From Treponemataceae bacterium (GTDB lineage Bacteria; Spirochaetota; Spirochaetia; Treponematales; Rectinemataceae), in assembly GCA_963678065.2 (NCBI GenBank), contig CAXXVZ010000003.1, positions 256,001 to 320,000 on the forward strand: a stretch of DNA of 64,000 bases, given 5' to 3'. Both the position numbers and the translations under genes were made by a program. Under the pieces are notes generated by a model. That model was given only the letters and a program-made list of their open reading frames with translations. It did not search any database and was not told where the DNA came from. Position 1 is the first letter of the stretch, and every line of letters begins with the position of its first letter. Of the stretch, positions 30,564-41,000 are shown one piece after another.

Positions 30564-31235
30564 ATGCTGATCCGGTTCTTCGACCTGTTGATTTCCTCCA
30601 TCGCTATGATAATTCTTTTTCCATTCATGCTGCCCATCATGATCGGGCTCAAGCTGACGGGGGAGCATTACATATTCTATCTGCAGCCGCGCGTCGGCCG
30701 AGGGGGGCGCGATTTCAATGTGATTAAGTTCGCCACGATGCTCAAGAATAGCCCAAACCTCCACGGGGGCGTCCTTACGCAAAAGGATGATCCGCGTATT
30801 CTTCCTATGGGGAAATTCCTCCGGAAGACAAAGATAAATGAACTGCCACAGCTCGCCAATATCTTCATCGGGCAAATGAGTTTCGTGGGGCCGCGTCCTC
30901 AGGCTCGGAGGCACTACGAGCTGTATTCCGCCGCTGTCAAGGCGAAGATCGATCTTGTGCTGCCAGGGTTGACCGGAATCGGTTCGGTCGTGTTCAGGGA
31001 CGAGGAATCCATCCTGGACGGCGTGCCCGGCGACCGGGATCATTTCCACGATACGGTCGTGGCACCCTACAAGGGAGAACTCGAAGTATGGTGGACTGAA
31101 AACCGCCGGCTGGGGAATTACTTTAAACTCATATTCCTCACGGCCTGGGCGCTGATTAGTCCCAGGACTAGCTTGTGGAAGAAATGGTTCAGGGCAATAC
31201 CCGAGCCACCGGCCGCGTTGGGGTGCTATCTGTAA
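30564..31235 (+). CDS. Bacterial sugar transferase (phosphoglycosyl transferase)
   Basis: KFATM, DDPRI, KINELPQL, MSFVGPRP, PGLTG. Confidence 0.9.
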   Translation: MLIRFFDLLISSIAMIILFPFMLPIMIGLKLTGEHYIFYLQPRVGRGGRDFNVIKFATMLKNSPNLHGGVLTQKDDPRILPMGKFLRKTKINELPQLANIFIGQMSFVGPRPQARRHYELYSAAVKAKIDLVLPGLTGIGSVVFRDEESILDGVPGDRDHFHDTVVAPYKGELEVWWTENRRLGNYFKLIFLTAWALISPRTSLWKKWFRAIPEPPAALGCYL

Positions 31236-31338
31236 CGATAACTGATATCTCGATTAACTTCTTTGATACCTCAAACTCGGTAATCGCACTGGAAACGAAT
31301 CGCTTATCCCTTAAACCGCTTCCTTAGTTCAGGTATGT

Positions 31339-31917
31339 ATGACCACTACCGACACCGAATTGCAGCTTCTTGAAACCCTCGGTGAAGCTCAGAAATCCTC
31401 CCGATCAGTCTCCCAGCGCGACCTCGCGAAGCTGGCTGGCCTCTCTCTTGGCATGACCAATATGCTCGTCAAGAGATTCGTCTCACGGGGCTGGGTCAAA
31501 CTCGTCAGGGCTAGGGGGCGGGCCTGGGTATATGCCCTCACTCCCGAAGGTTTCGACGAGGTGGCGAGTCGAACTTTCGATTTCCTGCGCCGGACAGCAT
31601 CCACGGTCAAGGTCTATTATGACAGAATAGACTCCTTTGTTCTCGATGCAAAGGGGAAAGGCTACGATGGCATCGTTTACGACGCGCCTTTTGATATCGA
31701 ATTTATTTTTCGTTATTCTTGCCAGCGCCACGGTTTGTTTTTCTACATGGGCAATCCTGATATGCTTTACCCCGAGCTGAAAGGTGTCCGATATATCCAT
31801 GTAGGGGCCTGCGAGGGCCTTCCGGAAGGTGAGAAAACTTCCAGCCGAATAGCGGGGGAGGAAGATCTTCCTGTCTGCGTCGACGTCGATGTAGTCGGAA
31901 TTTTCGCACACCGCTGA
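31339..31917 (+). CDS. MarR-type winged-helix regulator (EPS-locus associated)
   Basis: SQRDLAKLAGLSLGMTN, YALTPEG. Confidence 0.85.
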   Translation: MTTTDTELQLLETLGEAQKSSRSVSQRDLAKLAGLSLGMTNMLVKRFVSRGWVKLVRARGRAWVYALTPEGFDEVASRTFDFLRRTASTVKVYYDRIDSFVLDAKGKGYDGIVYDAPFDIEFIFRYSCQRHGLFFYMGNPDMLYPELKGVRYIHVGACEGLPEGEKTSSRIAGEEDLPVCVDVDVVGIFAHR

Positions 31918-32019
31918 GATTCATTCTGTAAACAGTTTTTGTTGGGGACCTTTGATTTTTCCTTTGATTTCCGGTATCCTGCCGGAAGGTGCAATATAAT
32001 TACACTAGGAGTCAGATCC

Positions 32020-35000
32020 GTGATCAATAGAAAGAGCTTGTCTTCCATCTTAGCCGTCGTGTTCATATGTGGTCTTGTCCTCGCGCCGGTATCGGCCCAG
32101 ACTACCACCCTTGCAGGACTCACTGCGGCCCAGGCTGCGGCTCTTGCGGCTGCGCAGGGAGGTACTTCGGACCAGTCGGTTTCCGCACAATCTCCTGTAG
32201 TTAACGAGCTCTCCGTCAACAAAGCCGGCGCGGACGCCAAGGGTTCTGTGTCGACTACCCCGATTTCACAGACTCCCCAGATCCAGTTCTCCATCGTAGA
32301 GCGCATGTACGCGGCCACCGGGGTGGGGGAAGGAGATCAACTCACTCAGTACGGATACTCGCTTTTCTCCGGCGCTTCCGCTCCCTCCCTCGCTTCCGTG
32401 GGGGACGATTATGTGCTCGGCCCCCAGGACAAGCTGGTACTGTATCTCTGGGGCGACCCTGTGGACATCAAGGAACTCCAGCCGAGCTACGAACTCTCCG
32501 TTGACAGAGCTGGCAATATCTTCTTCGCTCCAGTCGGTCAGATCGCCGTTTGGGGGCAGGATCTCGGCACTTTCCGCACCCTTCTTAAGGCCCAGCTCGA
32601 CCGTCGCTACAAAAAGCTGAGCATCTCCGTCGTTCTCGGAAAATTGCGGGAGTTCCCTGTGTCTGTCGCAGGTTTCGCGGGCGAACCGGGGACTGTCATG
32701 GCTACCGGCGCGGATACCCTCGTATCCGTCCTCTCGCGCGCAGGCGGAATCATGAAGACAGGCAGTCTCAGGTCCGTCCGGCTCACCCGCGCGGGCAAGT
32801 CGAAACAGGAATCCGTGACGGTGGACTTCTACGACGTTCTCATAAAAGGGAAAACTCTCGATCTGCGCGTGCGTGAGGGGGACTCTGTCTTCGTTCCAGG
32901 CATTGGTCCTGTGGCGGGGCTTGCGGGGGAAATCCGCAGACCTGGAATCTATGAGCTGAACGGGGAAAAAACCATCGCCGAACTTGTGTCGCTGGCTGGA
33001 GGCCTTCTGCCCTCCGCTCGTTCCTCTTCTGCCTCGGTGGTCCGTTACGCGGGCGACCAGAAGAAACTCATCGCGGGTGATCTCTCCACTCCCACCTTTG
33101 CCGCTACCCCGTTTGCCGACGGTGACCTCGTGCTCGTGGGCAAGGTTAATTCCCTTGTCGCGAACGCCATCGAAGTAACGGGAGCTGTCAAGTTTCCAGG
33201 ACGCTACACTGTCGAATCATATGCGAGTCTCAAGGATCTTCTTTCGAAAGTCCAGGTTTTGCCCGAGACAAATCTCTATTATGGTCGCGTTTACCGGATC
33301 GATGCATCCGGCAGGGATCTGAGTTTCACCTTCTCTCCCAAGGACATCCTCGGAGGTAGTGCGGATTATCCCCTTCGTGCACAGGATATCGTCGTTTTTT
33401 ACCGCTACGACTACCAGCCGGCCAATCCTGAAGCCGACCGTTTTCCCGCAACCATTGTTCTCTCGGGCCCCGCCCGATACGCGGGACTCTATGCGTGGAA
33501 GCCGGGCACGAAACTTTCTTCCATCGTGACAAAAGACCAATTCCTTGTCGGTACAAGTCTTGAGTATGCCGAGATCGAGCGCAGATCCGTAGGCGGAAAG
33601 GCAGAGTACCGGACCTTCTCACCCCGCGATGTCATATCGGGTAAGTACGATATCGAGTTATCGGGGCGGGATGTGATTCGTTTTGTGGCATCTGAGTATC
33701 TGCCGGCGAAGCCAGACTTTGACAAGTATCCGGAGACGGTGGCGTTGTATGGGCCGGCGAAGTACAAGGGCTTGTATGCGTGGAAGAGTGGGTTGAAGCT
33801 GGGGATGCTGCTGAAGTCAGCGGAAGTGTTGTTGGATGCGAACCAGTACTATGCGGAGATAGTGCGGCCGCTTGGTGGTGGGAAGAACGAGTATCTGACG
33901 TTTGCGCCGCGTGAGGTATTGGCGGGGACGTTCGACATGGAGTTGCGGTCGAGCGATTCGGTGAAGCTGGTATCGTATGCGTCGAAGTCTGGTGGGATGA
34001 CGAGGTCGGGAGCGGAGGTGGCGCCGCCGGCGACAGGAAATGGCACGGTGATGGCAGCGGGGACGGCTGGTGTCGAGGCTGCGACAGGGCAAGGGAATTC
34101 ATTACCGTCGGGTGTCACGGTTGGCGGAACGCAAGCGAATGTGGTAGGAGCAACGGCTGCGTCGGTACCGGGAACGGCGGCTGGAACGACCGTGTCGGCG
34201 GCGATGGGGACTGCTCCGACGAGTGCTGCACAGAATCAGACGGAAGTCACAAGCCAAGAGAGCGTGGAAGCGCAATTTCTGGAAGCGGTGAGTGTGATGG
34301 GGCCGGTGCGGTATCAGGGGGTGTATGCGCGGACGCCGAACCTGAAGCTGTCGGATGTGGTGACGGCAGACCAGATACTGCAGACGACGAACACGATGTA
34401 CGCGGAGTTGACGCGGTACCTCGGGGACGGGAAGTACGAGTACTACGCGTTCAGTCCGAAGGACGTGTTGGAGAAGCGGTATGACATGGCGCTTGCGGCG
34501 CAGGACATGATCCGGTATGTGACGGTGGGGTATCTGCCGGCGAAACCGGACTTTGACCGGTTTGCGAGTGCGGTGGCGGTGTATGGGCCGGTGAAGGCAG
34601 CGGGATTGTATGCGTGGAAGCAAGGGCAGACGCTGTCGGGGCTGGTGAAGTATGCGGAGCTGGTGCAGGAGACGAACCGGTACTATGCGGAGTTGAAGCG
34701 ACCGATTGGTGGAGGGAAGTACGAGTACAAGACGTTTGCGCCGCGGGATGTGGTGGCGGGGACGTTTGAACTGGAGCTGAGAGCGAGCGACACGGTGACG
34801 TTCTATCCGGCGGGGTACAATCCGGAGAAACCGGACTTCGAGCGGTATTCCGAGGCGCTCTTGGTAGCGGGGAGTGTGAAATATCCTGGTCTGTACGCGA
34901 AGACGCCGGGGATGAAACTGTCCAGTCTGGTGACGAAGGACTGGTTTCTGACGACGACGAACACGGCGTATGGGGAACTGGTACGGTTTGTGAAAGAAGG

Positions 35001-38000
35001 TGTGTACGAATACCGGACCTTCAATCCGTCTGACCTCATCGAGGGGAAACAGGATTTTGAGTTAAATGGACGGGATGTGATCCATTTTGTGGCATCGGAG
35101 TATCTGCCGGCGAAGCCAGACTTTGACAAGTATCCTGAGACGGTGGCGTTGTATGGGCCGGCGAAGTACAAGGGCTTGTATGCGTGGAAGAGTGGGTTGA
35201 AGCTGGGGATGCTGCTGAAGTCAGCGGAAGTGTTGTTGGATGCGAACCAGTACTATGCGGAGATAGTGCGGCCACTTGGTGGTGGGAAGAACGAGTATCT
35301 GACGTTTGCGCCGCGTGAGGTATTGGCGGGGACGTTCGACATGGAGTTGCGGTCGAGCGATTCGGTGAAGCTGGTATCGTATGCGTCGAAGTCTGGTGGG
35401 ATGACGAGGTCGGGAGCGGAGGTAGCGCCGCCGGCGACAGGAAATGGCACGGTGATGACAGCGGGGACGGCTGGTGTCGAGGCTGCGACAGGGCAAGGGA
35501 ATTCATTACCGTCGGGTGTCACGGTTGGCGGAACGCAAGGGAATGTGACGGGAACAAGTGCTGCGGTTGCGTCAGTGCCGGGAACAGCGGCTGGAACGAC
35601 CGTGGCGGCGACGATGGGGGCTGCTCCGACGAGTGCTGCACAGAATCAGACGGAAGTCACAAGCCAAGAGGGCGTGGAAGCGCAATTTCTGGAAGCGGTG
35701 AGTGTGATGGGGCCGGTGCGGTATCAGGGGGTGTATGCGCGGACGCCGAACCTGAAGCTGTCGGATGTGGTGACGGCAGACCAGATATTGCAGACGACGA
35801 ACACGATGTACGCGGAGTTGACGCGGTACCTCGGGGATGGGAAGTACGAGTACTATGCGTTCAGTCCGAAGGATGTGTTGGAGAAGCGGTATGACATGGC
35901 GCTTGCTGCGCAGGACATGATCCGGTATGTGACGGTGGGGTATCTGCCGGCGAAACCGGACTTCAATACCTACCGTAATTTCATACTCGTGACGGGACCG
36001 GTGCGCCGACCTGGTGTCTATGCCTTCTCTTCGGGAATGAAACTGTCATCCTTTGTGAGGACAGAGGATCTACTTCTTGAGACAAACAAGCGGTATGCGG
36101 AACTGACACGGAAGAACTCGGACGGGAGCGAGAAGTACTACAGCTTCGATCCGACCGATATCGCGACCGGTAAAAAGGACATGAATCTTACCGAGCGCGA
36201 CCAGATTCGTTTTGTGGCATCGGAGTATCTGCCGGTGAAGCCGGACTTTGACAAGTATCCGGAGACGGTGGCGTTGTATGGGCCGGCGAAGTACAAGGGC
36301 TTGTATGCGTGGAAGAGTGGGTTGAAGCTGGGGATGCTGCTGAAGTCAGCGGAAGTGTTGTTGGATGCGAACCAGTACTATGCGGAGATAGTGCGGCCGC
36401 TTGGTGGTGGGAAGAACGAGTATCTGACGTTTGCGCCGCGTGAGGTATTGGCGGGGACGTTCGACATGGAGTTGCGGTCGAGCGATTCGGTGAAGCTGGT
36501 ATCGTATGCGTCGAAGTCTGGTGGGATGACGAGGTCGGGAGCGGAGGTGGCGCCGCCGGCGACAGGAAATGGCACGGTGATGGCAGCGGGGACGGCTGGT
36601 GTCGAGGCTGCGACAGGGCAAGGGAATTCATTACCGTCGGGTGTCACGGTTGGCGGAACGCAAGCGAATGTGGTAGGAGCAACGGCTGCGTCGGTACCGG
36701 GAACGGCGGCTGGAACGACCGTGTCGGCGGCGATGGGGACTGCTCCGACGAGTGCTGCACAGAATCAGACGGAAGTCACAAGCCAAGAGAGCGTGGAAGC
36801 GCAATTTCTGGAAGCGGTGAGTGTGATGGGGCCGGTGCGGTATCAGGGGGTGTATGCGCGGACGCCGAACCTGAAGCTGTCGGATGTGGTGACGGCAGAC
36901 CAGATACTGCAGACGACGAACACGATGTACGCGGAGTTGACGCGGTACCTCGGGGACGGGAAGTACGAGTACTACGCGTTCAGTCCGAAGGACGTGTTGG
37001 AGAAGCGGTATGACATGGCGCTTGCGGCGCAGGACATGATCCGGTATGTGACGGTGGGGTATCTGCCGGCGAAACCGGACTTTGACCGGTTTGCGAGTGC
37101 GGTGGCGGTGTATGGGCCGGTGAAGGCAGCGGGATTGTATGCGTGGAAGCAAGGGCAGACGCTGTCGGGGCTGGTGAAGTATGCGGAGCTGGTGCAGGAG
37201 ACGAACCGGTACTATGCGGAGTTGAAGCGACCGATTGGTGGAGGGAAGTACGAGTACAAGACGTTTGCGCCGCGGGATGTGGTGGCGGGGACGTTTGAAC
37301 TGGAGCTGAGAGCGAGCGACACGGTGACGTTCTATCCGGCGGGGTACAATCCGGAGAAACCGGACTTCGAGCGGTATTCCGAGGCGCTCTTGGTAGCGGG
37401 GAGTGTGAAATATCCTGGTCTGTACGCGAAGACGCCGGGGATGAAACTGTCCAGTCTGGTGACGAAGGACTGGTTTCTGACGACGACGAACACGGCGTAT
37501 GGGGAACTGGTACGGTTTGTGAAAGAAGGTGTGTACGAATACCGGACCTTCAATCCGTCTGACCTCATCGAGGGGAAACAGGATTTTGAGTTAAATGGAC
37601 GGGATGTGATCCATTTTGTGGCATCGGAGTATCTGCCGGCGAAGCCAGACTTTGACAAGTATCCTGAGACGGTGGCGTTGTATGGGCCGGCGAAGTACAA
37701 GGGCTTGTATGCGTGGAAGAGTGGGTTGAAGCTGGGGATGCTGCTGAAGTCAGCGGAAGTGTTGTTGGATGCGAACCAGTACTATGCGGAGATAGTGCGG
37801 CCACTTGGTGGTGGGAAGAACGAGTATCTGACGTTTGCGCCGCGTGAGGTATTGGCGGGGACGTTCGACATGGAGTTGCGGTCGAGCGATTCGGTGAAGC
37901 TGGTATCGTATGCGTCGAAGTCTGGTGGGATGACGAGGTCGGGAGCGGAGGTAGCGCCGCCGGCGACAGGAAATGGCACGGTGATGACAGCGGGGACGGC

Positions 38001-41000
38001 TGGTGTCGAGGCTGCGACAGGGCAAGGGAATTCATTACCGTCGGGTGTCACGGTTGGCGGAACGCAAGGGAATGTGACGGGAACAAGTGCTGCGGTTGCG
38101 TCAGTGCCGGGAACAGCGGCTGGAACGACCGTGGCGGCGACGATGGGGGCTGCTCCGACGAGTGCTGCACAGAATCAGACGGAAGTCACAAGCCAAGAGG
38201 GCGTGGAAGCGCAATTTCTGGAAGCGGTGAGTGTGATGGGGCCGGTGCGGTATCAGGGGGTGTATGCGCGGACGCCGAACCTGAAGCTGTCGGATGTGGT
38301 GACGGCAGACCAGATATTGCAGACGACGAACACGATGTACGCGGAGTTGACGCGGTACCTCGGGGATGGGAAGTACGAGTACTATGCGTTCAGTCCGAAG
38401 GATGTGTTGGAGAAGCGGTATGACATGGCGCTTGCTGCGCAGGACATGATCCGGTATGTGACGGTGGGGTATCTGCCGGCGAAACCGGACTTCAATACCT
38501 ACCGTAATTTCATACTCGTGACGGGACCGGTGCGCCGACCTGGTGTCTATGCCTTCTCTTCGGGAATGAAACTGTCATCCTTTGTGAGGACAGAGGATCT
38601 ACTTCTTGAGACAAACAAGCGGTATGCGGAACTGACACGGAAGAACTCGGACGGGAGCGAGAAGTACTACAGCTTCGATCCGACCGATATCGCGACCGGT
38701 AAAAAGGACATGAATCTTACCGAGCGCGACCAGATTCGTTTTGTGGCATCGGAGTATCTGCCGGTGAAGCCGGACTTTGACAAGTATCCGGAGACGGTGG
38801 CGTTGTATGGGCCGGCGAAGTACAAGGGACTGTATGCGTGGAAGAGTGGGTTGAAGCTGGGGATGTTGCTGAAGTCAGCGGAAGTGTTGTTGGATGCGAA
38901 CCAGTACTATGCGGAGATAGTGCGGCCGCTTGGTGGTGGGAAGAACGAGTATCTGACGTTTGCGCCGCGTGAGGTATTGGCGGGGACGTTCGACATGGAG
39001 TTGCGGTCGAGCGATTCGGTGAAGCTGGTATCGTATGCGTCGAAGTCTGGTGGGATGACGAGGTCGGGAGCGGAGGTGGCACCGCCGGCGACAGGAAATG
39101 GCACGGTGATGGCAGCGGGGACGGCTGGTGTCGAGGCTGCGACAGGGCAAGGGAATTCATTACCGTCGGGTGTCACGGTTGGCGGAACGCAAGCGAATGT
39201 GGTAGGAGCAACGGCTGCGTCGGTACCGGGAACGGCGGCTGGAACGACCGTGTCGGCGGCGATGGGGACTGCTCCGACGAGTGCTGCACAGAATCAGACG
39301 GAAGTCACAAGCCAAGAGAGCGTGGAAGCGCAATTTCTGGAAGCGGTGAGTGTGATGGGGCCGGTGCGGTATCAGGGGGTGTATGCGCGGACGCCGAACC
39401 TGAAGCTGTCGGATGTGGTGACGGCAGACCAGATACTGCAGACGACGAACACGATGTACGCGGAGTTGACGCGGTACCTCGGGGACGGGAAGTACGAGTA
39501 CTACGCGTTCAGTCCGAAGGACGTGTTGGAGAAGCGGTATGACATGGCGCTTGCGGCGCAGGACATGATCCGGTATGTGACGGTGGGGTATCTGCCGGCG
39601 AAACCGGACTTTGACCGGTTTGCGAGTGCGGTGGCGGTGTATGGGCCGGTGAAGGCAGCGGGATTGTATGCGTGGAAGCAAGGGCAGACGCTGTCGGGGC
39701 TGGTGAAGTATGCGGAGCTGGTGCAGGAGACGAACCGGTACTATGCGGAGTTGAAGCGACCGATTGGTGGAGGGAAGTACGAGTACAAGACGTTTGCGCC
39801 GCGGGATGTGGTGGCGGGGACGTTTGAACTGGAGCTGAGAGCGAGCGACACGGTGACGTTCTATCCGGCGGGGTACAATCCGGAGAAACCAGACTTCGAA
39901 CACTATCCCGAGGCGATTCATGTATCTGGAGCCGTCCGGTATCCCGGCCTGTATGCCTTGTCGGGAAATACGATGCTTTCCTCTATCTTGGACGCGGAAG
40001 TTCTGCGCACGGATACCAACATGGCGTATGCCGAGTTGAAACGGTACGCAGGCGAAGGAAAGTACGAATATACGGCATTTGCGCCTGGCGATGTGCTTGC
40101 GCGAAAATTTGACGTGGCTCTTTCTCCCAGAGACAGTCTTCGTTTCATCTCTGTGGATGGACCTCCGCCTGCACCCGACTTCGATCTTTTCCCCGGTTCC
40201 GTGTCGATCACAGGTTCCGTGAAGAATGGGGGATTGTACGCGCTCCGAAGGGGAATGAAACTTTCCGACCTCGTCAAAGAAGCTGCTCTGCGTCTCGACG
40301 CCAACATCTATTATGCCAGGTTTATCAAGACGCAGCCTGGCGGGCGCAATGAGTACCGGACCTTCGCGCCGCGCGAGGTGCTTGCCGGGACCTTCGACAT
40401 GGTGCTCACCGGTTCGGAGTCGATTCGCATCCTTTCGATCTCGGAAACCCGCCAGCCGCTCGGTGCCGAACGTAATGTCCGGACCCTCGGGGCGCCTCTT
40501 GTCGATAATTCCGGACAAGTGGCGGTCGGTGTCGCGCCTTCTCAGGGAAACACGATACCTGCTCCTGCAACCAGCGCCGCCTCGACTGTTGTCGCGGCCA
40601 AGATCGATGAGAAGAGTGTTTTATCGCCTTCAGCGCAGGTTGGCGTGCCTGCAGGACAGACGCAGGGAAGCGCCCTGGCCCAGACAGCAGTCAATCCGCT
40701 TCCGGTTCAGGATGCCGGGAAAGCCTCCGAGCCTGTCCTCACGGATATAGTCACTGTGGAGGAGGACCCCGAAGCGAAGCTCTACCCGCAAGTCGTGACG
40801 GTCTCGGGACCTGTCAAGTATTTCGGTTACTACGCGCGGACTCCCGGACTCAAACTCTCTTCTATTCTTGACAAAGAACAGATTCTGCCTTCAACCCATA
40901 CCGGATACGCGGAGCTCACCCGTTTTGTAGGCGACGGACGGTATGAGTACCTGACCTTCAGTCCGAAGGATGTCCTCGATGGAAGATTCGACCTTGTCCT

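Noticed and set aside
31960..32000. Promoter for the giant gene (TATAAT at 31995-32000)
   Set aside because: Perfect -10 box but no -35 at a workable spacing and no extended -10, so not called as a feature.
33675..39899. CRISPR array or DGR template/variable repeat
   Set aside because: Repeats are kb-scale, in frame and lack spacers; differences are not adenine-specific; no reverse transcriptase or cas gene is in the window.
33632..40518. Recurrent minus-strand ORFs (89-452 aa) within the giant gene
   Set aside because: Antisense shadows that repeat with the 2529-bp period; low-complexity Arg/Pro/His/Ser translations.
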